64,000 nt of DNA from Aplysia californica (taxonomy: Eukaryota): contig NW_004797391.1 in the NCBI RefSeq assembly GCF_000002075.1, positions 729,159 to 793,158 of the forward strand, written 5' to 3'. Shown here piece by piece: positions 11,347 through 24,781 of this stretch. How positions within the stretch are numbered: position 1 is the stretch's first letter; each line of letters starts with the position of its first letter. Made by a program: the position numbers and the translations under genes. The notes under the pieces were generated by a model that was not told the origin of the DNA, ran no database searches, and was given only the letters and a program-made list of their open reading frames with translations.

Positions 11347-14300
11347 NNNNNNNNNNNNNNNNNNNNNNNNNNNNNNNNNNNNNNNNNNNNNNNNNNNNNN
11401 NNNNNNNNNNNNNNNNNNNNNNNNNNNNNNNNNNNNNNNNNNNNNNCCCCTCCTCCCCCCCCCTCCGTCCCCTGACACACACCATGGTAACTCAAGACAA
11501 ACATGGGGAATAGATTTGCTTGCTTCTCACAGAAAAAGTCTGTTACTATATGTATTTTTGTGCTTTGTGTAGATGCTTATGGTATACATAGGGTGGGTGG
11601 GGGGAGGGAATGGAGGTTAAATAAATACCATTTATTTTGTCTTTGTTCATAGGTGACCGATACTGGTGTGATACAGGGCATGGCCAAGGTGGCTAAACTG
11701 TTGGTTGATCATAAGGCAGATGTCAATGTACAAGACTCGACTGGCTGGTGAGCAACACTTCTTTTTTTTCTTTTGTCTCCTCCTCCCCCTCCTCCTCCTC
11801 CTTCTCCTCCTCCTTTTCCTCATTCTTCTCCTCCTCCTCCTTCACCTCCCCCTTGCTATTGCTCAGGGGTAGTCCACTTTTGTGACAAATTAAATTATCA
11901 GGGGGTTGGTAAAATGTATATTGTCGTGTAATAATGTTTATCTCAGAACCTAAAGGAGAAGAAGGAAAGTAAAAATGATGCCTCCAAATTTGGGAAACGC
12001 AAGCATGGCTGTTGTTTCTTAGTTTCTGTCTTTCTTTTGTTCATGCATGATATATTTTGTAACTCTTATAAAAACCCAATATTTCTTCTTCCATAGCACT
12101 CCTCTTCACAACGCAGTGCTCAGTTGTAATGAGCCAGTGTTTTCTGTGTTGACCTCATGTGGCCGGGTGGACCTGGAGATAAAGAACTCAGAGGGGCACA
12201 CAGTGCTCTGGTTGGCCCTGCAGAGACAGGTATAGAGAGAGAAACGATATATTGACACACATGGTTTGATGAGATTTTTTATTGTTCCCATTGCTATTGT
12301 TGTTGTCTCAGTGGCTTTTGGCATTGTTGCTGTTACAATTAATTAGTTAATACAGCAGCGTATGAGCTTTTCTTCGCCTTTCAGCGAAATGTGGTATTGT
12401 TGAAGGCATATGTCCTTAGTGAAAAGGAGGGGGGGGGGGTGTCTTTGAGAGTGATATGCTACTGGTTTTGTTAAATGCCAGTTGTTCAAGGGATGGAAAG
12501 CAGTCTGTGGTTTATCAAAGCTCTCTATCTAACCCCGAAATATCCGTGACTATGAGATTTTTCCAATGCGTACCTATAGAAACTATTCTACACTTTTTAG
12601 CATTGCATTTAAATAAAGTTTTGTATGAGAGTCTTTCTTGCAAAGCTTTGCTGTGTCAAATAATTAGTGAGCTTTGAACTGCCGAAACCTTGGTAAAATG
12701 TTTTGACCATTTAAGTGATGGTACCCTGAGCTAATAGGACCCATGCACCTGAGCTCTCTCTGAGTTGTCTTCTATTTTTGTTTGTCATTCAGAAGGGTAA
12801 TGTAGAATGTGTGTGCTCAGATGTACAGGATCTAGAGGATAGTTACACACTTTCCTGAGTTAAGAAAACACAAAGCTGAAAAGGCATTTGTTTGTTTGAC
12901 AAAGCCTGTCGTAATGAGTTTTTATTTTACTTTTAGGTTTGTGTTGCCTACATAGTTATAATATAGTTCACTACGTAGTTAACTTTGAGTTTAAGTTAAT
13001 TAAATAGGAGTACATTAAAGAATTTACTCTTATTGTCATTAAGGAAAAGACAAGACAGACAAGCAGACACAAAAGAGGAATAGTGAAGAAGTAAGACCTA
13101 TTTACTAGTGGTGCACTTGAACCACCCTCAATTAAAAGGGTAGCTCAGACTTTTGTTTTTACCAGGTCAGTCATTTGTGTGTTTTGAGAATCCATATGCT
13201 TCTTCCTTCAAATGTTTAAATTACCTTCTTCTTTTTGTTTCAGGCAGAGAGTCCTGTGGAGGAAAATGGGCCCTTGTACGGGGAGAAAACTCTGGCTGCT
13301 CAACTGATCACGGCTGGAGCATCGCCAGACGCTGTGGAGCCAGAGACTGGTAACTCTCTGCTTCATCTGGCAGCGCAGCACGGCTACCAAGAGGCGGGCA
13401 TTTTCCTCGCAGACCACAGAGCTTCGGTGGGGCTGGCAAACTTTAAGGTAAGAGCTTACAGTCCCGTTTGTGTGTCTACATCTCAGGGTGTTGGATTTCA
13501 AGGATGTGAAGGGGGCCCAGGGCAGAGGCTCCAGCCCTATGGAGATGAACAATTAATTCTGAGGTCTTGCCTCTTTTATATCTTGTTAAAAATGCTTGCC
13601 TCGGCAGGGGCAGAGGAGGCTTTTCTTTTATCTTCCCCAAGAGCTTGAGAAAGAGATTGTTGTTTTGTGTTCTCAAGTTGCTGACAGACCATTTCCCCCA
13701 TTTGCAATGAAAATATTTTCGTAAACATTTTTCGTAAATCTTAGTATTTAAATCATGTGTCACCTCTTCTTTTATAGGGCATGTAAGAAATTCTTGCTTA
13801 AATTTGTGGCCATAAGTATGTGTTTCTGTGTGTTTGAAACACTTTGCGGTCACCTTTGAAAATTATCCGTTTTGTTCACCTGGCATGCGCCAGGCCCGAG
13901 AAGTCCGATGCATTCGCTCTCCGGTCTTGGTGACCAGATGAGGTATTTGTACTACTGGCTGTGTGACTGCAAAGTGTTAAGTGGATTGCTTGTGACACTG
14001 ACGATATCATCTGTCCATTGGCGTCTTGGTTGTCCTCTGCCTCTCATTCTAGCCACTCTTTCTGCTAGCACTGTTTATAGTTGTTTATCATGTCTCATAT
14101 GTCCAAAATATACCAGTTTGTGTTTTCTGACTGCTTTCAATGGTTGTTTCTGGACTCAATGAAAAATGGGCATTTAATCATTTGACATATGTCTTTTTTT
14201 GTCTTTGTCATCTTTCAGTACATCCCTATTGCAAAGGCCTCCATTTTTTTTCTGTTCATTTAGCTGCATCTGATTATTTTGATATCAGTTTTTGCATCGG

Positions 14301-17300
14301 CATCTGTAGTGTTATTGTAAGGCTCTTCGCTGTTGCTTGCAGAGGGGGTCAGTTGTACTCTTGAGTGTGGAAGTTGTTTTTGTGAGAGTTTGGTGAGTAT
14401 ATTCCATTCAGCCAGAGTTGGCCTCGACTGGCAGTGTCAGAGCAGCCTGCCTCCTACATTATCTAAATTGTGTCAATGGGGGCATAAACTAATTTTATTC
14501 AGTACAGTCAATTATTTTTTGCATTGTGTTTATACATCGGTATGTTTTGTTATGCACAGGGCGAGACACCCTTACATTACGCCTGTGAGGAAGGCCTCAC
14601 AGAATTGGTGCGCATCTTGCTAGAAAAGGGGGCCAATCCCAATGCGCAGACTGTTCGGACCCCGACCTCCACAATCAACATGGCTGCCCTTGGCTACGGG
14701 GAAGATGAGAATGCAGAGATTTCCCAACAGACACCGCTCCACCTAGCCTTGACCAAAGGTCATCACTCTGTGGTGCAAGTATTCCTCGATCATAAAGGTA
14801 GGAATGACATCTCTGCCGTAAGCTGACAAAACGCTTTTTTATTCACAACAGTTTAGAGTAAAAAGGTTTTTTGTCAATATAACCATTGAAAAATAGAGTG
14901 CTTCTGAAATTTGAATTCTGATTTATTTAAAAAAACTAGTCACAGTTTCACTTTGATTTTTCCACACAAATAGGGTAACTAATCAGGCTTTTGATTAAGC
15001 GAAAAAACTCAACATTTTGACGCCAAAAGGAAATTTGGCGTGAAATGTCAAAATGGCAGAGTCTTATATTTCTTTATTTTGATTTTTTAAAATGAAAATG
15101 GAAAAGGCTCTGTAATGTAATTTATGGGAAGGTGAACAACCGATATGAAAATAACATAATGCCAGGATTTGATAAGTACTTTGAACTGAAACATACTGTT
15201 GCTTATTGCCTGGCTGCAGTACCCTGTTTTGAACTGCCATTAACATGTCTTGCTCAAGCAAACACCCCAGCCAATTGGTGTCTAATAGCAGTTTCAATAA
15301 CATTCAGTTTTTTTCTTTACCAAAGGTTGTCACTCTTTGATACAGGGCTTTATTTGATCTTATTATGGGGTCGTATATCTGTATTCTAGTTTAAATGGGT
15401 ACATGGTTTTTTTTCATTCTAAAAAAATCCTGATCTTTTCCTGCTGCAAGCCACAACACTTGGATTTTGAGTCTTTCTTGATCATAAAGGGGGCATGGAA
15501 GAAGTTACACATGTCTTTCACTCAAAGTTTCAAATGCTTTCAGTTTGTGCTCCCAAAATAGTTCTGCCTTTCATTAAAATCATAGATGTGGGACAGAAAC
15601 TGCAGCACGTTTCAGGATGGGAACATTTTACATACTTTCAGTTTCTCAATTTTAGAAATGTGATTTTTTCCCCTCCGCTGAAGTAAAGATTTGTGGTCAG
15701 AAACTTTTCAATGGTCATTTGTGATTTTGATGTTAATTTACATTTTTTAGCTTTCTTGACTTTCACATCTTGAAAGTACCCAAAGCACTTTGTAAAGAGA
15801 TGGTTAAAAAATTTTTTTTACTCAAGTACCATCCAGAATGCTGACTTCAAACAAATTAATGCACTGTTCTTTGGGTCCCATTTCTGTTTCAGTCTGTAGG
15901 TGTATCTCGCCTTTTCACTGTTTGGCAGTTATCATGCTTCTCTTTACTCAAACCAAAACACAGCTGTTTTTGTCAACTGGGACAAATGCACTTTATATTA
16001 TTGTTTTTATCAGTTTTTATCTCTTCAGGCAAATAAACTGTTGTCTTTCATCAATCTTAATGTATCAACTTTTTCTGTTTTCACCTGATGGATGGTTGGC
16101 GGGTGCTCTGGTGTTGTTTGCTCCTTCTTTCCTATCAACAACTATCATCCTTATGGCCTTATCTCTCTTCCTCTTTTTTATGTTTGTTACTCCTTTGCAA
16201 CACCTCTAACCTTCTGCACGTATATGACCTAATTGTGTTGCAAGTGTTGTAAAACTCCTACTAAAGCATAAAACTAATTTCTTCACCAGCCCAGTTGTCC
16301 AAGTCTGGGGCGACGGGTACGAAGGTACTGCCCAACTTCAACGTGAAGGACTCGCGAGGTCAGACGGTGCTGGCTCTCTCTCTGTGGAACAACATGCATG
16401 ACATGGCGGACAAACTCCTGGCCTGTGGGGCCAACATCAACGAGAAGAACTCCGCTGGGATGACGCTGTTACACCAGGTACATATTTGAGGGGCAAACTT
16501 GAAGAGGAGGGTTGGTTTTGAGCACGCTGTTGGTTGGTCCCGCTTCTTTATTCTTACTTTGCTGTTTTTGTCTGTTTGTGTTGCTTTCTCCCAAGCATTA
16601 AATGGTCAGTGTGTCTATATACTTTTCTTTTAATTTTTACCGCTGATATGAATTTGAAGAAAAAAAAAATTAAGACTGAGTTTAGAAATAAGAACTTTTC
16701 TTGCTTAGGCATCAGTACCCTGCACAACCTTCTAAATGGCATTGGAGAATGGGAAGTTCTTTGACATTATTTTGACAATATGAAGCATCATTGTAAAAGA
16801 ATTGCTGCTTCTGAGTTTAGCAAGGTGGGGGTTGCCTGGTTTCAGGGGTTAAATTTGGGAGAAAATGACCTCCAGTTTGTGACTTCCATGCTTTAAAGTC
16901 CTAGGAAACTGCAAATTTACATTTTTTGTGCCTATAATCAATGTTTTTCCATAAAATCCACAAATAAAAGTATTTTCGAATGGACATACAAGGTGAACCA
17001 AAAGAAAAAAAATAAAAATTTCCAACAGGCAGAAAAATGCCGATTTCTTGGATTTAATTATTTTGACGAGCGCCCGATTTCACCACGATGCCTCACATAT
17101 GTAGATATGGAATGTGCACATGATAGTTGACTGAGCCAAAAGTCTGCAACACTGTATGTCCTGGAGAGGGGAGCTGTAATGGTAGTTTGGAAAGAAAAGG
17201 TTTGGCAAGGAAGTTGTTGTAAAGACACATGAATCTCCTGGGCGATATACAACTATAGATAAGTTCAACTGACATCTTTGGTGTAGTGGTTAGGTGCTTC

Positions 17301-20300
17301 ACCATCACTTGCAGAAGACCCTAGTTGAAATATTCCAATGTGGAGAGAATCTTTATTGAGCATCTCGGTCGTTCTGCTGGGATGATGTATCCCTCTCAGC
17401 ACCACTCCTTTGAACTCCATAGTGTTTTATTTGCAAAGAAATGTAGAGTTAGATAATGAAAGGGGTCCGCCGTGAGAGTGGACTTTAAGATGATGTGAGA
17501 TACAGGACTAATATTTGCATCTGCTGGATTAATAGTTAAATCCTTTCCTTTTACTATTGACAGAATAATGTTAGTCTGTTCTATGGATAGCTTTATTATC
17601 GTTTACAATTATTGTAAATAATATGTTTGCTTACTTCTGTTTTCAGGCCATAGAAGCTCAAGATGCACCAAGTGCCCTGTTTCTGATGGATCACTTGGCA
17701 GATCTGGAATCAATGTACGCATTTGTTTGTTGATGTGTTGTGTGATTGTTTTTATGTTTTTGTTCAGTATGAGAGAGACACGAGACAGTTTTTCAGCATA
17801 TTCATAAAGGTGACTGACTGGTCAGTAAAACTTTCTTTGTATGGTTGACAGTGAAATTAGAATGTCACCTGGTTTAAAAAAAAATAATTTTGTTAATGGT
17901 GATGGAAATCTTGGATTAGTTGATGAGAAAAGTAAATGTAGACATCAATGGGTTATAATAGTTATATCAAGAGTATTTCACCTGACGTCAGCACTTATTT
18001 TATCCCTTTGAGCCATCTCATGATTTTTCCTCAACGGTAAGCTTGACTAGAATAAGAATAGATTACTACATTATGGAACTATAGCTTTGATCTCAGCTTT
18101 CAGAATATACTTTCAGTAAGCATGAAAGAATATGCTCTCTTGAAGGCTGCTTGAACAGAAGCTGAATGAACAGGTGCCATTGACATGGAGTCTTAAGTGG
18201 AAAGGATTAAGTGATGTATTGTGTGTGTATGGGTGTGCACATGCTTGTGTGTGAGTGTGTGTGTATGAGAGAGAGACACAGAGAGAGACACAGAGAGAGA
18301 GAAAAAAGCACCAAAACAGTGTGCCAGCTTCTGGACAGTAAAGATCAATCTTATCTTGTCTCTTCCCCAGCTCTCCTGACAAGCAGACAGTTCTGCAGCA
18401 CGCCATCAGCAGACACTTGCCGGTGGTGGTCAGTGCGCTGTGTGAGCGAGGTGTCAACATGGACACCCTGGACGAGCAGGGAGACTGTCCACTGTGGCAG
18501 GCCTTGGACTCTGGACAGGAGGAGATAGCCCACACTCTGGTCAGTGCTCAGGCATTAAAGTGATATAGAACATTAGTCTTAGAAATTACAGTGAAGTCCT
18601 TTTGTCTTTGGGCTGGTGATAAAGTACTTAAGTTTCAGGCTGACAGTAAAGTATCTTAGTCTTGGATTGATGATAATATATTGCAGTTGTCAGATGATGA
18701 AGTACTTTAACTCTTTCGGTACGGTTTACTGATATATCGCTGTCTTTCCTTACGCCTTATATAACTATGTGCTGATTTATCTAGGCACAAAAAGAGTTTA
18801 TCTTGGAATTATTTTCTGGGACTGGTATCCTACCTTGTGGGGCATATAGTTGGACTCTCCTGTGCAAGTCGTAAATTTCAAATATCCATCTGATGGCTAT
18901 TTTTTTCTGTTTGTTTTTCTTTATCCAAGTTCTTAGAGACTATTGTAATACTTCTCTTTAAGATGGAGAAGACATAGTCTGAAGCCTGTCTTGAAGCATT
19001 ACAAGGACACAGTGCTTCAGCCTGGCCCCATTCTTTGTTCTGCCTCTATTCCTGAATCTTAGCTTTGTCCTCAGAATAGGATGTAAGCTCTTTCTTTCCT
19101 TCTCTTTGGAGTATTTTCTTCCGATTTTGAAATGTGTACATTTGGTACCTTTTGTACTTTTTAGGTAAAGCATGGCTGTGATGTGAACTTGTGGTCTCAG
19201 AGTCCTGTTGGATGCTTCCAGACTCTACTTCACAGAGCTCTGGATCAGAACAATGAGGCTATAGCCAGCTTCCTTATTCGCAGGTAAGCTGTCTGTTGTG
19301 TGTACACATGTCGCCAAAGTACCAGTTCCCAGTTATTCACTATTCTGTGGGGGTTTTTTGAGTGGAAGATGAAAAGATTTGGGAATTATCCATCTCCTTT
19401 GTTCTTCTGTCATGTTTTTTTGCGTGCACTAAATGACTGTTGTTACGTCAATGTGCATCTCTTTACTCAAACAATTAAGCATCATATATTGAAGCTGTAT
19501 AAGCTGGACATTTATGCAGTGTTTTTTTGCAAAAATGGTTTTGTAAGTGGTTTTGTGTATATTTTGAAGTCTGTGGTTAAATTAAGTGTTTCTGTGTTGA
19601 CTTATGAATTAATGGTTTGTAAAAGTAAGTGTCTGTTCTAGAATGAAATGAGCAAGAATGATAGTTTTTATTGGACAGACCCATATGTGGGTGCCATAGT
19701 CTGCACCAGCTTTCTGTCAGATGTGCGTTTACAATGAATGAGAGATAGATGGAATCAACATTGTGAATTTGTGGCTTGTACATGCTTTTCAAAGTCATGA
19801 AATATAATGAAGGAGATGTTTGGGAGTTTTTTTTTGTTTTGTTTTTTAATTTGCTAATATTAAGTTTTTTGCTCCTTGGCTTTTGTTGTAGTTTGTTTGT
19901 TCCTTCATAGTTGTCTGTGATGCAACAGTTAGGCTCTTTGTCTTTCATGTAGAAGATATGTGTTTGATTCCTAAGTTGGGTAGATATTTTATTGAATATC
20001 TCTGTCTTTAGTATCTTATATCTGTAGTTTCCCTCACAGTCTGGGTAGTCCTGGACTGGTAGGATGGAAGCAAGCCGCTTCCTGAATCATCTAAATTGTG
20101 GGGTTGTGGGCATAAGATATTCACCCATCATTCACGATCATGGACATAAGACATTCACAATCATTTACAATTGTGGACGAAAGATATTCACAATAATTTA
20201 CAATCCTGGGCATAAGATATTCACAACCATTTCTGATCATTGATGTACAATATTCAATCATTTTTTATCATTGATGTAAGATATTCACAATTGTTCATGA

Positions 20301-23300
20301 TCATTGGTGTGAGATACTCACAATCATTTATGATCATTAGTGAAAGACATTCTCTATCATTTATGATCATTGGTGTAACATATTCACAATTTATTATTTA
20401 CAATCATAACATGACCCTCTTTGCAGTAAATGTTGCTGTTCTAAAAGTTATTTGTCTTTGTCTGTTCAGTGGATGTGACAAGAACTGTCCCCGTCGGCCT
20501 GGGCCTAATGGTGAGGGTGCTGAGGAAGGCAGGTAAGAGCTGACTGAACAAGAGTGCAAACGTTACTTTGCCGTACCTTTTTCTCTCCTCTTCCTTCTCC
20601 ATTCCCCTTTCCTTCTCTTCCTCTTCACCTTCTTTTCCTTCTTTTCCTTCTCGTTCTCCTTCTCATCTTCCTCCTCCTTTGCTCCTTCTTTTTCTCTCTT
20701 TCATTTCCATCTTCTTTCTCTTTTTTCTCTTTCTCCTTGTTCTCCGTTTATTTCTCCTTCTCTTTCTCTTTTTCTTCTCTTTCTCCTTCTTTCCCCTGCC
20801 CCACACCCCCTCCCCCATCTCCAAGAAAAGTGTTTAAGAGACTTCAACACCTGTTGAAAGTTGAAGGAGAGTTAGGCTTCAACAATCAGTTGTTGTTCCT
20901 TTATAAAGAACACTGCTTATATGAAAGGGGCGGGGGTGCTTCCTTATGTCTTTGTAAACTTAGGATCAAACCAAGTGCTCTGAGCGGGTGGTTGGCGAGT
21001 GCTCTGGTGTCGTTTGCTTCTTTTTTCTTACAAACATCTGTTGTCTTGATCTCTCCTCCTCCTTTTTTGTGATTGTTACTTTCTTCTAACACCCCTAATC
21101 TTTGGCACTTATATGTGTCACAACGTGATGGAATCAGGGGCTCGTCAATTTCTGGGCATATAGGGTTATTGGTATCATCTTAAAGCTGTTTTTTTTTACT
21201 TCCTTTTTGTTGAAAAATATCCAACTATGTTGAATAAAAGTCGAAATATTTGTGATTGAAGGAGGTCAGGGTCACCTGGTTTCAGAGGTTAAAAATTGCG
21301 AGAAAATGGACGTCAAAGTTTGGTAACTTCCATAGCCTGAGTGTCTTTGGAAACTGAAAATGTACTTTTTTTGTGCCTTAAATCTATGTTTTTCAGTAAA
21401 ATCCACACTAAAATGTGATTTTAGATTATGAACATAAAAGGTGTTCAGAGAAAAAAAGAAAATTATTTAAAAATTGCCCATCGGCCCAAAAAATGCAGAT
21501 TTCTTTGATTTAATTTTTTTGACAAGCGCCTGATTTCACCACGATGCTTCAAATATGATCTTTTTGTGTTGCATGTGCCGTAAAATTCTAACTAAGACTA
21601 AACAAGTACTCTGTCATGAAAGACAAGCATGTTACCTCATGACCAAGGTGCCCCTCCATCGTGGCCAATGTATTTCTTGTATGATTGACACCTTGTAATG
21701 ATTTTTTTTCCTTACTATACTCTCTGTCTGCTCTTTATTGAAGAAACAAAACAAAACAGCCTTAACAATACCAGTGGTTACCTCTATTCATTGATGTATA
21801 AATTGCAGATGGCGCTATTTTTAGGCGGTGACAGTTCATGTGTTCTAAGAGTAGAAGAAAAGATTTTTTGTTTTCCTAATATGGATCAACACACTGTGTA
21901 AGAAAAGAACAAGACATCCGTGATGGTATCAGCGGTGATGATTTCTCAGTGGGCAGTTTTTAAAGAGTGGCTTCTCTATCTTAAGTAGAATCTTTGATGT
22001 GCAGATGGTTGAACGGTGTCACTGGTTGGTCCTACTTCTTTTCCTTCCCTCTGTCATTGCTGTCTGTCTGTATGTCTGTCTTGTGTTTTTCCTTCAGTAA
22101 ATGCCAGTTATAGTGTCAGTGCGCTGATCTTTTTATAAATAACGAAACTCTGGTGTTCCAACTATTTCAGTGATGGTCAGACGCCTTTGCACATGGCTTG
22201 TGCCTGGGGACTTGAGATGGTGGTGCAGTGCCTCATGGAGCACAGTGCAGATGTCAACGCGCAGGTAAAACAAACACCAGGGGCTTACAGTTCGCAGACA
22301 AGGAACAAAAATAAAAATGGTCTTGGATAATGATGATGATGATGATTTTGATAATAATTATAATAGTCGTAATAATGATAGTGATATTACAATAGGATCG
22401 TTATTTATAATATATCGCATTTATATGGTATATATCCCAACTTGAAAAAAGACTCCATGCCCTTTACAATTTATTTTTACCATGATGAACATGACAACAT
22501 TCCGAGACATTGTCAGATTTCTGGGAAGCTTTCGGTTCTCTAACATTAATGTACAGACTTTCACTGTCTTCAGTCAAACAGTCATTGTCACCTCGGTAGA
22601 GTTTTTGAAATTTGTGTAAACTGCTGGGACACAATGTCAGGCCCAGACTAGGATTCGATCTGATGACTTTATGGTCATGAGTGCAGCAGCCTAACTACTA
22701 GACTAAAGGCACAAGGACTGGATAGGTCAAGGTTGTGCTAGTTTGAAAACTGGTCTTCCAGAGTCATGGTTTAGTGTGATCGGCTGCTTCTGTCAACATA
22801 TTTTTACTTTCAAAGGAAGTAAGTTGTTGCGTTGCAGTGACCTAAATTTGAATTATTGGAAACGTCCTGTGTAGCCAGGAAATGGGATTAAGGTCTTGCT
22901 ACATACTGGATTGATTCTTGTTTGAAATTTAGCGCATGCAGTTGACGTATCGCTATCTCAAAATTACAAAGTTGTACCTGCTCAGTACTTAGTTGTTAAG
23001 AATTCTGGCGTCAAAATATTTTGAGTTTCACATCATATCAAGCTTTTTCGAATGTAAGTCTGAATATTTTGATAATGACTCTGAAAAATCGTTCAATTTC
23101 GATAGAGCAGATAGAACATTTGGTTTCTGACCTAATAGTCTTAATAACTCAAAACGGCCAAAAATGTCAGATAAAACTTTGTAATGCTGAGATAGCAGTA
23201 TTGAACTCTGGTTGTTCCTGTACCAAAGTCTTTTCATTCTATCCTGTCAGGACGCGGAGGGTAAGACACCCGTGCACATTGCCATAGAGAACCAGTTCCC

Positions 23301-24750
23301 AGTGGTCATCTCCCTTCTCCTGTCTCACCCTGGCCTGGACCTGAAGGCCCGGGACAAGCGGGGTCACTCCCCCTTTGCGGCCGCCATGTTGACCAAAGAC
23401 AACAAAGCCGCTCAGGCTATTCTCAGCCGGGAACCAACGGCTGCAGAACAGGTAGGTTGTGCTGAAAGATGCCAGTTCTGTGTAAAAATAATTTTAATAG
23501 TGATTCACTTTTTTTATTCCAGTGGTGAAATTTAGTGTAGTATGGCTTACCTACATGCGTACATAAATATGTATTTACATGAATATATAAAAACATACAA
23601 TAATTCATCAATTTATTTGAGGCATCGGGGGTTAAATTAGGCGCTCGTCGAAATATTGAAATTAAAGAAGCGCATTTTTCTGGTCATTTGACTATTTTCT
23701 TTGAATTTTCTTTTATTGGCTCAATACCGTTTATGTCCATTTAAAAACACATTCTGTGTAGATTTTACTGAAAAACCATTGAAGGTACAAAAAGCATAAA
23801 TTTGCTGTTTCTAAGGCCAAGTATGCTTTGTAAGTCACCAAGCTTAAGCAGCCATTTTCGCACTAATTTTGCCTCGAAACCAGGCGACCCCCACCTCCTT
23901 CAACCGCAAAAGTCTCAACTTTTATTTAAGATAGATGGGTACTTTGAACATAAAAAACAAGAGTAATGAACCAGCTCTAAGGTGATACAAATAACTCTTC
24001 ATGCCTTAAAATTGACAAGCGTTTGACTCCACCCCGTCATTACCATATTAGGATACACAATATCACACCAATACAGACAATCAGCACGCCAGTCACTACT
24101 GTTCAGCACCCTGTTTATGAGCTAGTGTTAATGGCCCCCGTGTGATCACAAGTCCTAATTAAATGTATTGTCACTGACATTGTGAGCCTGATCTTGTCAA
24201 CCACTTGTCCACTGGAGCACAGACACTCCGCCATCAAGCGGACAGATCTAACAAGATTTGTACAAACACAGTCTTGTTCAGTCTTTGCTGTCTGAATAGA
24301 GCTCTTTGATAATGAGTAATTTGATTGTGCATGGAGCAACTGATAAATAGTTTTGTGTCTATTATGTTCAAATGCTGTTCCACCAAGATATAATGTGGTA
24401 GGTATGTCTAGATGTGCAAATTCTGTCGCACCAAAGATAGTATTAATTACAAAAAAATTATCGTGAAGTGTTTTTATGCTCATGGACAGAGTCTATATTA
24501 TTCAAAAGGCGGGTGGCTTTGACTGTGGCTGCCAGGGCAAAATGGGACAGAATGGGACACAGCATCCCAGCAGACAGACAGACAGACAGAGATACTCGAT
24601 ATAAAAAAACTTTCCCCATTTGGGAATCACACCTAATTTCTTCTGCAGGTAACGATGAAGAATCTATCCATTACACCTCGGACGCTGGTGATTTGACTGA
24701 ATGTACTCCTTCTTTTTCTCTCCCCCCCCCTCCACACACACTCATACTCG

Positions 24751-24781
<31 letters not shown>

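Noticed and set aside
17275-17345. tRNA genes at about 17280, 22640-22710 and 37920
   Set aside because: Degenerate boxes, no cloverleaf, and they continue into SINE-like bodies
20554-21072. 172-aa hydrophobic ORF
   Set aside because: Translation of a pyrimidine-rich simple-sequence tract plus a family B repeat
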